NCBI RefSeq assembly: GCF_019247615.1 | Contig: NZ_JAFBAT010000269.1 | Location: forward strand, 5,587-69,586 | Origin: Mycobacterium sp. | GTDB lineage: Bacteria > Actinomycetota > Actinomycetes > Mycobacteriales > Mycobacteriaceae | Direction: 5' to 3' | Length of the DNA: 64,000 nt | Part shown: positions 39,235 to 51,346 of the stretch, in pieces | Numbering within the stretch: the stretch's first letter is position 1 | Layout: every line of letters begins with the position of its first letter | The notes under the pieces: model-generated | Databases searched by the model: none | What the model was told of the DNA's origin: nothing | Seen by the model: only the letters and a program-made list of their open reading frames with translations | Position numbers and translations under genes: made by a program

Positions 39235-40089
39235 GTGACCTCCAATCATTCCGGTGAACGAGGTGAACGAGGGGCGCCGCCCGCACCCGAGCCGCTCGCC
39301 CCCCTGGTCGATGCCCATACCCACCTCGACGCGTGCGGCGCCCACGATGCCAAAGGCGTGCAGGCCATCGTTGACCGTGCCGCGGCGGTGGGGGTGCGCG
39401 CGGTGGTCACCATCGCCGACGACCTGGAGTCGGCGCGCTGGGTGACCAGGGCCGCCGACTGGGATCCGCGCGTGTTCGCCGCCGTGGCGCTGCACCCGAC
39501 CCGCGCGAACGCGCTCGACGACGCCGCGCGCGGCGAGCTCGAACGACTCGCGGCACACCATCGGGTGGTGGCCGTCGGCGAAACCGGAATGGATCTGTAT
39601 TGGCCCGGCCGTTTGGCGGGCTGCGCGCAGCCGGACGCGCAGCGGGAAGCCTTCGCATGGCATATCGACTTGGCCAAGCGGTGCAGAAAGCCCCTGATGA
39701 TCCACAATCGCGAGGCCGACGCCGGGGTGCTCGACGTGCTGGCGGCCGAGGGCGCGCCCGACGTCGTGATCTTCCACTGCTTTTCGTCGGACAGCGCGAT
39801 GGCCCGCCGTTGCGTCGACGCCGGCTGGCTGCTCAGCCTCTCCGGGACGGTGAGCTTCCGCAACGCGCGAGCCCTGCGCGAAGCCGTTCCGCTGATCCCG
39901 CGGGAGCAGCTGCTGGTGGAGACCGATGCGCCCTTTTTGACGCCGCACCCGTACCGGGGCGCAGCCAACGAACCGTATTGCCTTCCCTACACCGTGCGTG
40001 CGCTTGCCGAGCTGCTGGATCTTGACCCCCAAGATTTGGCGCGGATCACCACCAGCAATGCGCGCCGGGTCTATGGACTGCCTGCTTGA
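39235..40089 (+). CDS. tatD: TatD family metal-dependent DNase/hydrolase
   Basis: VDAHTHLD..GETGMDLYW..PLMIHNREA..IFHCFS..ETDAPFLTP. Confidence 0.9.
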   Translation: MTSNHSGERGERGAPPAPEPLAPLVDAHTHLDACGAHDAKGVQAIVDRAAAVGVRAVVTIADDLESARWVTRAADWDPRVFAAVALHPTRANALDDAARGELERLAAHHRVVAVGETGMDLYWPGRLAGCAQPDAQREAFAWHIDLAKRCRKPLMIHNREADAGVLDVLAAEGAPDVVIFHCFSSDSAMARRCVDAGWLLSLSGTVSFRNARALREAVPLIPREQLLVETDAPFLTPHPYRGAANEPYCLPYTVRALAELLDLDPQDLARITTSNARRVYGLPA

Positions 40090-40177
40090 CGCCGCTTCCA
40101 GCCCGTCCGTCCGCCGATACCGTGCTCTGGAGTTGCTCAACTTTGGCCGGTTCGTTACCGTCTTGTGATCGAACGCC

Positions 40178-40207
40178 GGGCCCGCGGGCCCATTTGTCAT
40201 TTTCTGC
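40178..40207 (+). terminator. GC palindrome plus U-rich tract inside the rpfB 5' leader (attenuator-like)
   Basis: GGGCCCGCGGGCCC (40178-40191) followed by ATTTGTCATTTTCTGC; about 85 nt upstream of the rpfB start. Confidence 0.35.
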
Positions 40208-40232
40208 TGAATGGTTCGTTGGTGCTTGCTGA

Positions 40233-42289
<2,057 letters not shown>

Positions 42290-42347
42290 GGGGCCAGTTG
42301 AGAGTCCAGTTGAGCATCGCAGCGATAATCTGCTGCGGTGACTGACC

Positions 42348-43301
42348 ATGGCTGACGGCAACACCGCCGCGCAGTGGGTGCCCACCGGCTCGGTCACCGT
42401 CCGCGTTCCGGGGAAGGTCAACCTGTACCTTGCGGTCGGTGAACGCCGCGAGGACGGCTATCACGAGTTGACGACGGTGTTTCAGGCCGTTTCGCTGGTC
42501 GACGAGGTGACGGTCCGCAACGCCGATGTGCTGTCGCTCGAGGTCGTCGGGGAGGGTGCCGACAAGCTGCCCACTGACGAGCGCAACCTCGCCTGGCAGG
42601 CGGCCGAGCTGATGGCCGACCACGTCGGCCGGGCGCCCGACGTCTCGATCATGATCGACAAGTCCATTCCGGTGGCCGGCGGCATGGCCGGCGGCAGCGC
42701 AGACGCGGCGGCCGTGCTGGTCGCCATCAACTCGCTCTGGGAGCTCAATGTGCCGCGCCGCGATCTGCGGATGCTCGCCGCGCGGCTGGGCAGCGATGTG
42801 CCGTTCGCGCTGCACGGTGGCACTGCCCTGGGAACCGGTCGCGGCGAGGAGCTCGCAACCGTCTTGTCCCGCAACAGCTTCCACTGGGTGCTGGCCTTCG
42901 CCGACAGCGAGCTGCTCACCCCGGCAGTCTTCGCCGAGCTGGACCAGCTCCGGGACGACGGCGATCCGCCGCGCCTGGCCGAGCCGGGGCCCGTGCTGGC
43001 GGCCCTGGCCGCGGGCGACCCCGAGCAGCTGGCGCCGCTGCTGGGCAACGAACTGCAGGCGGCAGCCGTCAGTCTCGATCCCACGCTGCGGCGTGCGCTG
43101 CAGGCCGGCGTTGAGGCCGGTGCCCTGGCCGGCATCGTGTCGGGCTCCGGCCCGACGTGCGCCTTCCTATGCACGTCGGCGGGCGCGGCCGTCGACCTTG
43201 GCACCCAGCTGTCGGGTGCCGGGGTCTGCCGCACCGTCAGGGTGGCCAGCGGGCCGGTGCCGGGTGCGCGCGTGGTGCCGGCGCCGATGGACCCCCCATG
43301 A
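42348..43301 (+). CDS. ispE: 4-diphosphocytidyl-2-C-methyl-D-erythritol kinase
   Basis: [42 protein letters not shown]: GHMP kinase motifs. Confidence 0.9.
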   Translation: MADGNTAAQWVPTGSVTVRVPGKVNLYLAVGERREDGYHELTTVFQAVSLVDEVTVRNADVLSLEVVGEGADKLPTDERNLAWQAAELMADHVGRAPDVSIMIDKSIPVAGGMAGGSADAAAVLVAINSLWELNVPRRDLRMLAARLGSDVPFALHGGTALGTGRGEELATVLSRNSFHWVLAFADSELLTPAVFAELDQLRDDGDPPRLAEPGPVLAALAAGDPEQLAPLLGNELQAAAVSLDPTLRRALQAGVEAGALAGIVSGSGPTCAFLCTSAGAAVDLGTQLSGAGVCRTVRVASGPVPGARVVPAPMDPP

Positions 43302-43439
43302 TCAAAAAGCTGCACCTCACTGCCCATCAAGACGTGTGGAATCCCACTCGAACCGCGCGTGAGTTTGGCAGTTCTTTAAGAGGAGCTTAAGATGGCTCGC
43401 GGTGACGAGCAGCGGTAAGCAAGACCAATCGAATTCGTC

Positions 43440-43462
43440 GTCCGCCGGGGAGCCCGGCGGAC
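43440..43462 (+). terminator. 10-bp GC hairpin downstream of ispE
   Basis: G-TCCGCCGGG-gag-CCCGGCGGA-C, with a T-containing stretch (GCGTTTTCG) about 15-20 nt downstream. Confidence 0.35.
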
Positions 43463-43594
43463 TCATAGCTCATCGCGTTTTCGAGACCGAACCGCTGCCC
43501 AACTGTGCTCGCGCGGCTACTGCGAAGCGGCAGTCGGCGGGCGGACGATGAGATTCCGGGCCTTCGGGAAATCGCCGCAACCGAGGAGGTTTTT

Positions 43595-45229
43595 GTGAGC
43601 AGGTTTACCGAGAAGATGTACCGCAATGCCCGAACGACCACCACGGGCATGGTCACCGGTGAACCACACGAACCCGTCCGTCACACCTGGGGCGAGGTCC
43701 ACCAGCGCGCGCGCCGCATCGCGGGTGGCCTGGCCGCCGCGGGCATCGGCCTCGGCGACGCGGTCGGCGTGCTGGCCGGCTTCCCGGTGGAGATCGCCCC
43801 GACAGCCCAGGGGCTGTGGATGCGCGGGGCCAGCCTCACCATGCTGCATCAGCCGACACCGCGCACCGACCTGGCCGTATGGGCCGAGGACACCATGACC
43901 GTCATCGGCATGATCGAGGCCAAGGCTGTCGTCGTCTCCGAGCCTTTCCTGGTGGCCGTCCCGGTGCTCGAGGAGAAGGGCATCAAGGTGCTCACCGTCG
44001 CCGAGCTGCTGGCGTCGGACCCGATCGATCCCGTGGAAGTCGGCGAGGATGACCTGGCGCTGATGCAGCTCACGTCCGGATCTACCGGGTCGCCCAAAGC
44101 GGTGCAGATCACCCATCGCAACATCTACTCCAACGCCGAGGCGATGTTCATCGGCGCCCAGTACGACGTCGACAAGGACGTCATGGTCAGCTGGCTGCCC
44201 TGTTTCCACGACATGGGCATGGTGGGCTTCCTCACCATCCCGATGTACTTCGGCGCCGAGCTGGTCAAGGTCACGCCGATGGACTTCCTGCGTGACACCC
44301 TGCTGTGGGCCAAGCTGATCGACAAGTACAAGGGCACGATGACCGCGGCGCCGAACTTCGCCTACGCGCTGCTGGCCAAGCGGTTGCGCCGCAATGCCAA
44401 GCCCGGCGACTTCGACCTGTCGACCCTGCGCTTCGCGCTGTCCGGCGCCGAGCCCGTCGAACCCGCCGACGTCGAGGACCTGCTCGACGCGGGCAAGCCG
44501 TTCGGCCTGAAGCCGTCGGCAATCCTGCCGGCCTATGGGATGGCCGAGACGACGCTGGCGGTGTCGTTCTCGGAGTGCAACGCCGGTCTGGTCGTCGACG
44601 AGGTCGACGCCGACCTGCTGGCCGCCCTGCGCCGGGCCGTGCCAGCCACCAAGGGCAACACCCGCAGGCTGGCCACGCTGGGTCCCCTGCTCAAGGACCT
44701 CGAGGCCCGGATCATCGACGAGAACGGCAACGTGATGCCCCCGCGCGGGGTGGGGGTCATCGAGTTGCGCGGCGAATCTCTGACGCCCGGCTACCTGACC
44801 ATGGGCGGTTTCATTCCGGCCCAGGACGAGCACGGCTGGTATGACACCGGCGACCTCGGTTACATCACCGAGGAGGGCCACATCGTGGTGTGCGGCCGCG
44901 TCAAGGACGTCATCATCATGGCGGGCCGCAACATCTATCCCACCGACATCGAGCGGGCCGCGAGCCGCGTCGAGGGGGTGCGGCCCGGCTGCGCCGTCGC
45001 GGTGCGCCTGGACGCCGGTCACTCTCGCGAGACGTTCGCCGTCGCCGTCGAGTCCAACGCGTGGCAGGACCCGGCCGAGGTGCGTCGCATCGAGCACCAG
45101 GTCGCTCACGAGGTGGTGGCCGAGGTCGACGTGCGGCCGCGCAACGTCGTCGTGCTGGGCCCGGGCACCATCCCGAAGACGCCGTCAGGCAAGCTGCGGC
45201 GGTCCACCTCGGTGACCCTGGTCAGCTAG
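43595..45229 (+). CDS. fatty-acid--AMP/CoA ligase (FadD-type adenylating enzyme; Rv1013/pks16-like)
   Basis: GTG 43595 after GAGGAGG; [14 protein letters not shown] (AMP-binding motif), YGMAETT, GDLGY, GRVKD..NIYP; 544 aa. Confidence 0.85.
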   Translation: MSRFTEKMYRNARTTTTGMVTGEPHEPVRHTWGEVHQRARRIAGGLAAAGIGLGDAVGVLAGFPVEIAPTAQGLWMRGASLTMLHQPTPRTDLAVWAEDTMTVIGMIEAKAVVVSEPFLVAVPVLEEKGIKVLTVAELLASDPIDPVEVGEDDLALMQLTSGSTGSPKAVQITHRNIYSNAEAMFIGAQYDVDKDVMVSWLPCFHDMGMVGFLTIPMYFGAELVKVTPMDFLRDTLLWAKLIDKYKGTMTAAPNFAYALLAKRLRRNAKPGDFDLSTLRFALSGAEPVEPADVEDLLDAGKPFGLKPSAILPAYGMAETTLAVSFSECNAGLVVDEVDADLLAALRRAVPATKGNTRRLATLGPLLKDLEARIIDENGNVMPPRGVGVIELRGESLTPGYLTMGGFIPAQDEHGWYDTGDLGYITEEGHIVVCGRVKDVIIMAGRNIYPTDIERAASRVEGVRPGCAVAVRLDAGHSRETFAVAVESNAWQDPAEVRRIEHQVAHEVVAEVDVRPRNVVVLGPGTIPKTPSGKLRRSTSVTLVS

Positions 45230-45246
45230 TTCCTGCGAGTCTTCTT

Positions 45247-45306
45247 GCGAGCAGTCGCAAAAACCCCGTCCCGACGCCGTGTCGAGGGGCTTTTGTGTCT
45301 GCTCGG
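45247..45306. terminator. 60-nt palindromic element; inner stem forms a bidirectional intrinsic terminator between fadD and pth
   Basis: GCGAGCAGTCGCAAAAACCCC..GGGGCTTTTGTGTCTGCTCGG. The inner CCCC/GGGG stem is flanked by an A-run and a T-run on both strands. Confidence 0.6.
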
Positions 45307-45311
45307 CATCG

Positions 45312-45887
45312 TTACCAGGCGTGGACGCGGTTTTGCGCCGGCTCCAACCCCAGCTCTATGAGTAATTCCGTGGCGTCCGCAGCCTGCTCGCAGATCGTGG
45401 GCACCTCGGCGCGCTCGGCCGCGGTGAAGTTCTCCAGCACGAACGCCGCCGGGTCCTTACGTCCGGGCGGGCGGCCGATGCCGATGCGCACCCGCTGAAA
45501 GTCCTTGGTGCCCAAGGCCGCGGCCACCGAGCGCACCCCGTTGTGGCCGCCCTCGCCGCCGCCCAGCTTGAGCCGGATGCGACCGAAGTCGAGGTCGAGT
45601 TCGTCGTGCACGACGATGATGTCGGCCGGCGGCACGGAATAGAACTTCGCCAGCGGCCCCACCTGGCGGCCGGACTCGTTCATGTAGCAACGCGGCTTGG
45701 CGAGTACCACCGAGCGGCCGGCCAGCCGGCCGGTGACGACTTCAGCGCCGGAACGCTTGTGCGCCTTGAACTTTGAGCCAAGCCGCGCTGCTAGCAGGTC
45801 GGCGACCATGAAGCCGAGGTTGTGCCGGGTGCGGGCGTAGTTGTCTCCAGGGTTGCCCAGGCCGACCAGCAGAAGCGGTTCGGCCAC
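45312..45887 (-). CDS. pth: peptidyl-tRNA hydrolase
   Basis: [27 protein letters not shown]. Confidence 0.95.
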   Translation of the reverse strand: MAEPLLLVGLGNPGDNYARTRHNLGFMVADLLAARLGSKFKAHKRSGAEVVTGRLAGRSVVLAKPRCYMNESGRQVGPLAKFYSVPPADIIVVHDELDLDFGRIRLKLGGGEGGHNGVRSVAAALGTKDFQRVRIGIGRPPGRKDPAAFVLENFTAAERAEVPTICEQAADATELLIELGLEPAQNRVHAW

Positions 45888-45899
45888 GTCCCGAACCGC

Positions 45900-46562
45900 C
45901 TACTCGGACTCGTCGGTGGTGGCCCCGGACTCTGTGGTTTCGCCGGCCTCTTCTGCGGCTTCCGCCCTCTCGGGTACCTCGCCGGCGCCCTCTTCCGCAA
46001 GCTCCTCGGCGGTCGGCGCGTTGACCACGTTGACCACCAGCATCTCCGGGTCGGAAATCAGGTTGACGCCGGTCGGCAGGGCTATCTGGCCGGCCGTGAA
46101 TTGGGTGCCCGGTTCGGCGTCCTGGACCGACACCGCCAACTGCTCGGGAATTGACAGCGCCTCGGCCTCGATTTCGATGGTGTTGGTCTCCTGGGTGATC
46201 AGGGTGCCGGAGGCGGCCTCGCCCTCGACGACCACGTTGACCTCCACGACGACCTTCTCGCCGCGGCGCACCACCAGCAGGTCGGCGTGCTGGATCGTGC
46301 GGCGGATCGGATGAATGTCGAGGGCCTTGGTCAGCGCCAGCTGTTCTTTGCCGGCGATGTCCAGGGTGAGCACCGCGTTGGTACCTGAGTGCCGCAGGAC
46401 CGCCGCGAAGTCGTGCCCCGGCAGTTCGAGGTGCTGGGGGTCGGCGCCGTGGCCGTAGAGGACGGCGGGAATCCTGCCGGCGCGCCTAGCTCGCCGCGAC
46501 GCGCCCTTGCCGGTCTCGCTTCGGACCGTGGCCGTCAATTGATTGACTGCGGATTTTGCCAT
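45900..46562 (-). CDS. rplY: 50S ribosomal protein L25/general stress protein Ctc
   Basis: [39 protein letters not shown]..; acidic C-terminal tail. Start at Met32 of track ORF 45900-46655. Confidence 0.9.
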   Translation of the reverse strand: MAKSAVNQLTATVRSETGKGASRRARRAGRIPAVLYGHGADPQHLELPGHDFAAVLRHSGTNAVLTLDIAGKEQLALTKALDIHPIRRTIQHADLLVVRRGEKVVVEVNVVVEGEAASGTLITQETNTIEIEAEALSIPEQLAVSVQDAEPGTQFTAGQIALPTGVNLISDPEMLVVNVVNAPTAEELAEEGAGEVPERAEAAEEAGETTESGATTDESE

Positions 46563-46734
46563 GTCATCGCTCCTGTGTGCTTCGGTTCCGGGGCACGGCC
46601 AGGGTCGCGACAGTGAGTCGGTCTCCGTCGATAACGGTGCTCTGGCTAGCCGCACCCTCGCCGTGACGCTCGGTCAGGGTAGCGCATGCGCACCTGAGAG
46701 CGGAAATTCGCTGCGGCGGGGATTTCGCGGGCGG

Positions 46735-47604
46735 TCAAAGGGGGAACTTGGTGCCGGTGAGCTGCTCGGACAAGTCCCACAGCGCGCTGGCCGCGGCAGC
46801 GTCGCGCGCCCGGCGGCTGCGCCCGATCGGCTGCGTGCGGCCGAAATAGCCGAATCGCGGGCCGACGAAGGTGTCGCCCGGTAAGTCCTGCGACGCCGCG
46901 TACAGGGTTTGGCGGGCGCCGTAGTCGGCGTCGGTGGCGACTATCCGGGTGGCGACGGACACCACCGCGTCGCTGAATTTGCGCCCGGAGGCGCCCTGCA
47001 GGTTGGTGTGCGAGTATCCGGGATGGGCCGCCAGCGCGCGCACCAGGGAGCCGACCGAATCGAGCCGTCGTTGCAGCTCGCTGGTGAACAGCAGGTTGGC
47101 CAGCTTCGATTGGCTGTATGCCAGCCAGGCCGAGTATCGCCGCGACCTCCAGTTCAGGTCGTCGAAGTCGATGCGGCCGGGCCAGTGGGCCATCGACGAT
47201 ACCGTGACGACCCGGTCGGCGAGCTTGGGCAGCAACAGGTTGGTCAGCGCGAAGTGACCGAGGTGGTTGGTGCCGATCTGGCTCTCGAACCCGTCGGCGG
47301 TCAGCGCGAAGGGCACCGCCATGATGCCGGCGTTGTTGATCAGCACGTCGACCTCGTCGACGCCATCCGCAAACTCGCGTACCGACGCCAGGTCTTGCAG
47401 GTCGAGCCGACGTACCTCGACGTCACCCGTCATCTGCTGGGCGGCGGCCTCGCCCTTGGCCGTGTTGCGGACGGCCATGACTATCCGGGCGCCCTTGCGG
47501 GCCAACTCGCGGGCCGTCACCGCGCCCAGGCCGCTGTTGGCACCCGTGATGATCACGGTGCGCCCGGCGAACGACGGCAGATCTGCGGCGGTCCAGGTGG
47601 TCAT
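46735..47604 (-). CDS. short-chain dehydrogenase/reductase (SDR) family oxidoreductase
   Basis: TGANSGLG (TGxxxGxG), NNAG, YSQSK (YxxxK). Confidence 0.85.
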   Translation of the reverse strand: MTTWTAADLPSFAGRTVIITGANSGLGAVTARELARKGARIVMAVRNTAKGEAAAQQMTGDVEVRRLDLQDLASVREFADGVDEVDVLINNAGIMAVPFALTADGFESQIGTNHLGHFALTNLLLPKLADRVVTVSSMAHWPGRIDFDDLNWRSRRYSAWLAYSQSKLANLLFTSELQRRLDSVGSLVRALAAHPGYSHTNLQGASGRKFSDAVVSVATRIVATDADYGARQTLYAASQDLPGDTFVGPRFGYFGRTQPIGRSRRARDAAAASALWDLSEQLTGTKFPL

Positions 47605-47642
47605 GGCTGATCACCTTAGTGGGCGGCACGAATTACTTTGCG

Positions 47643-47702
47643 GCGAGCAGACGCAGAATCGCATCAAACGGGCACTCGGAGTGCGATTCTGTGTCTGCTC
47701 GC
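47643..47702. repeat. 60-nt near-perfect palindrome (21-bp arms) downstream of lpqT
   Basis: GCGAGCAGACGCAGAATCGCA-18 nt-TGCGATTCTGTGTCTGCTCGC; its termini match the element at 45247-45306. Confidence 0.6.
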
Positions 47703-47712
47703 CGGCAAAGGT

Positions 47713-48366
47713 TTACTTTGCCGCGACGACGAACCCGTGCATGATCGCCTCGATATCGTTCGACTGCGCGACGGCCTGGTCGGCCAGGCTGGTGATCGTC
47801 AGCTGAACCAGGTATCGCTGGTTGGCGGGCGGGGATCCGGTGGCGATGACGATCCGGTTGAAGCTGTGCAGCCGCGTCCCGTCGAGGTCGTAGCTGCACT
47901 GGATCATCGACGACGGAAAACCGTTGTAGTTCGCCGACGAGGCATCCAGTTGCTTGAAGTGTTCGAACAGCTGGGCATCATCGTTGCCGTGCTTGATGAC
48001 TTGGGCGGGGTCAAAGTCGCCGCGCAGCTGGAAAACCACCAGCCGTGCAGTGGGATACTTTCCGCCCTTGGAGATCATCACCGTCTGGGGCGCAATGTTC
48101 GGATTGGTGAACAGCGACCAACCCGGTGGCGTGGGTATCGATACGGTCAGGTCGTGCAGGTCGCCCGGCGCAACCTGCTGGCCGTTGACGCCGATGCTCT
48201 GCAGGTACTGCGACAGGGGGACCGGCTTGCCGGAAGTAGTCGTGGTCGTGGTCGTGGTCGAACTCGTCGACCAGATGGACTGGTAGTCAGGACTTTTCGG
48301 CCCGCACGCGGCCACCAGGAGCAGCGCCGTCGCCGCCGCTGCGGCGGCGGCCGGCAGACGAGTCAC
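47713..48366 (-). CDS. lpqT: lipoprotein LpqT
   Basis: Lipobox LLLVAAC, poly-Thr linker (T8), Rv1016c position. Confidence 0.8.
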   Translation of the reverse strand: MTRLPAAAAAAATALLLVAACGPKSPDYQSIWSTSSTTTTTTTTSGKPVPLSQYLQSIGVNGQQVAPGDLHDLTVSIPTPPGWSLFTNPNIAPQTVMISKGGKYPTARLVVFQLRGDFDPAQVIKHGNDDAQLFEHFKQLDASSANYNGFPSSMIQCSYDLDGTRLHSFNRIVIATGSPPANQRYLVQLTITSLADQAVAQSNDIEAIMHGFVVAAK

Positions 48367-48608
48367 AGAATCTCGCGGACCGCGTCGATCGGCCGGGCCA
48401 ACCGGGTCCCCTTCGGTGTGACCACGAAAGGTCGTTCAATCAGGATGGGGTGTTCCGCCATGGCGTCGAGCAACTCGTCATCGCTCGCGTCGGCGAGGTT
48501 GAGTTCGTCGTAGACTATGTTGGGCTCAATACCGTTGTCGCGCAACAACTCCAGCGTCTTGCGCGAGGTGCTGCATTTGGGGTTGTGGAAGATGACGGTA
48601 TCGGCCAT
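48363..48608 (-). CDS. short ArsC/Spx-family (glutaredoxin-type arsenate reductase-like) protein lacking an internal segment
   Basis: VIFHNPKCSTSRKTLELLRDNGIEPNIVY..DELLDAMAEHPILIERPFVVTPKGTRLARP aligns with both ends of recalled E. coli ArsC, but about 30 central residues are absent. The ORF is tightly packed between prs and lpqT. Confidence 0.6.
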   Translation of the reverse strand: MADTVIFHNPKCSTSRKTLELLRDNGIEPNIVYDELNLADASDDELLDAMAEHPILIERPFVVTPKGTRLARPIDAVREIL

Positions 48609-49589
48609 CTACGCGTCTCCGTCGAAGAGTCCTGTGACCGAGCCGTTTTCGAACACGGCGCGAATGGTGCTGGCCAGCAGCGGCGCGATGGACAAGACCG
48701 TCAGCTGCGGGAAACGCTTCTCGTCGCCGATCGGGAGGGTGTTGGTGACGATCACCTCGCGGGCGCCGGAAGCCGCCAACCGCTCGGCCGCAGGGTCCGA
48801 CAGCACGCCATGGGTCGCCGCGATGATCACGTCGCTGGCACCGTCGGCACGCAGCAGCTGCACCGCGCCCGCGATGGTGCCGCCGGTGTCGATCATGTCG
48901 TCGATCAGCACGCAGCACCGTCCGGTGACTTCACCGACGACGCGGTTCGACACCACCTGGTTGGGCACACGGGGGTCCCGGGTCTTGTGGATGAAGGCCA
49001 GCGGTACGCCGCCCAACGCGTCGGCCCACTTCTCGGCGATACGCACCCGGCCCGAGTCGGGGGAGACCACCACCATGTTGCCGTCGGGGTAGTTGTCCCT
49101 GATGTAACCCGTGAGCAGGTTCTGCCCGCGCATGTGGTCGACGGGCCCGTCGAAGAAACCCTGGATCTGGTCGGTGTGCAGGTCGACGGTCACGATCCGG
49201 TCGGCCCCCGCCGTCTTGAGCAGATCGGCGACCAGCCGTGCCGAGATCGGTTCGCGGCCGCGGTGCTTCTTGTCCTGGCGGGCGTAGGGGTAGAACGGCA
49301 TGACCGCGGTGATCCGCTTGGCGCTGCCCCGCTTGAGCGCGTCGATCATGATCAGCTGTTCCATCAGCCAGTCGTTCACCGGCGCCGGATGCGATTGCAG
49401 GACGAAGGCGTCACAGCCGCGGACCGACTCGTGGAAGCGCACGAAGATCTCGCCGTTGGCGAAGTCTCGCGCCGTCTGCGCGGTGACGTGGACGTCGAGT
49501 TCCTTGGCAACCTGCTCGGCCAGCTCGGGGTGCGCGCGGCCGGAGAAGAGCATCAGGTTTTTGCGATTATCGGTCCAGTCATGGCTCAC
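48609..49589 (-). CDS. prs: ribose-phosphate pyrophosphokinase
   Basis: VTVDLHTDQIQGFF..CVLIDDMIDTGGTI (PRPP-binding loop). Confidence 0.95.
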   Translation of the reverse strand: MSHDWTDNRKNLMLFSGRAHPELAEQVAKELDVHVTAQTARDFANGEIFVRFHESVRGCDAFVLQSHPAPVNDWLMEQLIMIDALKRGSAKRITAVMPFYPYARQDKKHRGREPISARLVADLLKTAGADRIVTVDLHTDQIQGFFDGPVDHMRGQNLLTGYIRDNYPDGNMVVVSPDSGRVRIAEKWADALGGVPLAFIHKTRDPRVPNQVVSNRVVGEVTGRCCVLIDDMIDTGGTIAGAVQLLRADGASDVIIAATHGVLSDPAAERLAASGAREVIVTNTLPIGDEKRFPQLTVLSIAPLLASTIRAVFENGSVTGLFDGDA

Positions 49590-49697
49590 GGAGCTGCCCT
49601 CGCCGTATCGGGGTCGAGATCGGGATCAAAGGATTGGCAGGTCTCATCGTACGTAGCAAATGGTACGGAAAAGCCGTCGGGTTGCCAGAAAACGAAC

Positions 49698-51197
49698 TCA
49701 CCGTGTCTCGTCGGCGTCCGGCATCCGCTCGGCTTGCTCGGGCGCCCGCTCGGCCGCCTGGTCGGCCGCCCTGGTCGCCGCTTCGGCGGCCGCGCTGCCC
49801 GGCCGGTTGCGCTGCACCCAGCCTTCGATGTTGCGTTGCTGCCCCGCCGACACCGCGAGTGCCCCCGGCGGGACGTCTTCGCGCACCACGGTGCCGGCGC
49901 CCGTATAGGCCCCGTCGCCCACGGTCACCGGCGCCACGAACATGGTGTCCGACCCGGTGCGCACGTGCGAGCCGATGGTCGTGCGCCACTTGGATTCGCC
50001 GTCGTAGTTGACGAATACGCTGGACGCGCCGATATTGCTGTGCTCGCCGATATCGGCGTCACCGACATAGGTCAGATGCGGAACTTTGCTGCCGGCGCCG
50101 ATGCTGGAGTTCTTCGTCTCGACGAACGCACCCAGCTTGCCGTCGGCCCCCAGCACGGTGCCGGGCCGCAGGTACGTGAACGGTCCCACGGTGGCGCCCG
50201 GGCCGATCGACGACGAACTGCCGTGTGTGCGCACCACGGATGCGCCGTCGCCGACGGTGACGTCGGTCAGGGTGGTGTCCGGACCGATGACGCAACGGCC
50301 GCCGACCTGAGTGCGGCCCAGCAGCTGGGTCCCCGGATGGATCACGGTGTCGCGGCCGATGGTCACGTCGACGTCGATCCAGGTGCTGGCCGGATCGACG
50401 ATAGTCACACCCGACATCTGGTGAGCGGCGACGATCCGGCGATTGAGCTCGGCGCCCAGCTCGGCCAGCTGGACGCGGTTGTTGACGCCGGCCACCAGCG
50501 CGCTGTCGTCGACGTGCCGAGCCTGCACGGACTGGCCATCCCCGCGAAGGATCGCGATGACGTCGGTCAGGTACAGCTCATGCTGGGCGTTGTCGGAGCT
50601 CAGCCTGCTCAGCGCCGAGCGCAACGCCGCGATGTCGAAGGCATAGACGCCGGTGTTGACCTCCCGGATCTCGCGTTGCGAGGGTGTGGCGTCGGCATGT
50701 TCGACGATCGCCGTGACCTCGTTGTCCTGAGTGCGCAGGATGCGGCCGTAGCCGCCGGGATCGCTCAGCGTCGTGGTCAGCACGGTGACCGCGGGCGACT
50801 GCGTCCGGTGACTCTCGATCAGATCGGCCAGGGTGTCCGAGTCCAGCAGCGGGGTATCGCCGGCGGTGACGACCACGATGCCGGCGTAGTCGTCGGGCAG
50901 CGCCGACAGCCCGCACAGGACGGCGTGGCCGGTGCCCAGCGGTCGGTCCTGCAGCGCGACGTCGATAGTGCGTCCCAGGGTGTCCGCAAGCTCGGCGACC
51001 AGCGGCGTGATCCGCTCGTGCTGGTGGCCCAGCACGACGACCAGGTGCCCGGGCGCCACCTTAGCTATGGCATGCACCGAATGCGACAGCATGCTGCGGC
51101 CGGCGAGGGTGTGCAGGACCTTCGGGGTGTCTGACCGCATCCGGGTGCCGGGGCCGGCCGCCAGAACCAGGGCCGCGGTGTCACCATCAGACGACAT
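49698..51197 (-). CDS. glmU: bifunctional UDP-N-acetylglucosamine pyrophosphorylase/GlcN-1-P acetyltransferase
   Basis: [20 protein letters not shown], followed by left-handed beta-helix hexapeptide repeats. Start at the Met preceded by GAAGGAGG. Confidence 0.95.
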   Translation of the reverse strand: MSSDGDTAALVLAAGPGTRMRSDTPKVLHTLAGRSMLSHSVHAIAKVAPGHLVVVLGHQHERITPLVAELADTLGRTIDVALQDRPLGTGHAVLCGLSALPDDYAGIVVVTAGDTPLLDSDTLADLIESHRTQSPAVTVLTTTLSDPGGYGRILRTQDNEVTAIVEHADATPSQREIREVNTGVYAFDIAALRSALSRLSSDNAQHELYLTDVIAILRGDGQSVQARHVDDSALVAGVNNRVQLAELGAELNRRIVAAHQMSGVTIVDPASTWIDVDVTIGRDTVIHPGTQLLGRTQVGGRCVIGPDTTLTDVTVGDGASVVRTHGSSSSIGPGATVGPFTYLRPGTVLGADGKLGAFVETKNSSIGAGSKVPHLTYVGDADIGEHSNIGASSVFVNYDGESKWRTTIGSHVRTGSDTMFVAPVTVGDGAYTGAGTVVREDVPPGALAVSAGQQRNIEGWVQRNRPGSAAAEAATRAADQAAERAPEQAERMPDADETR

Positions 51198-51346
51198 CGG
51201 ACCTCCTTCTGCGCGAGCTGGGGGCACCTCCCGCTTGCGGGGGAGCGTGGTTGTACGCCGACACGCCGTCAAGCGTGTCATTTGACGCCCCCTCGCGGCA
51301 AAGAACCAGGCCCTTTTCTCAGGCCCTCTCGAAGCCCCTGTTCGTG

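Noticed and set aside
43387-43656. 89-aa minus-strand ORF in the position where M. tuberculosis has the small gene Rv1012
   Set aside because: It overlaps the fadD start and its SD, and the translation is low complexity (Ser/Arg-rich). It was not convincing.
43517-45109. 530-aa minus-strand ORF
   Set aside because: Antisense to the FadD-type ligase (AMP-binding motifs on the plus strand).
48450-51134. 894-aa plus-strand ORF
   Set aside because: Antisense to prs and glmU, which have unmistakable motifs. The translated sequence has no domain-like features.
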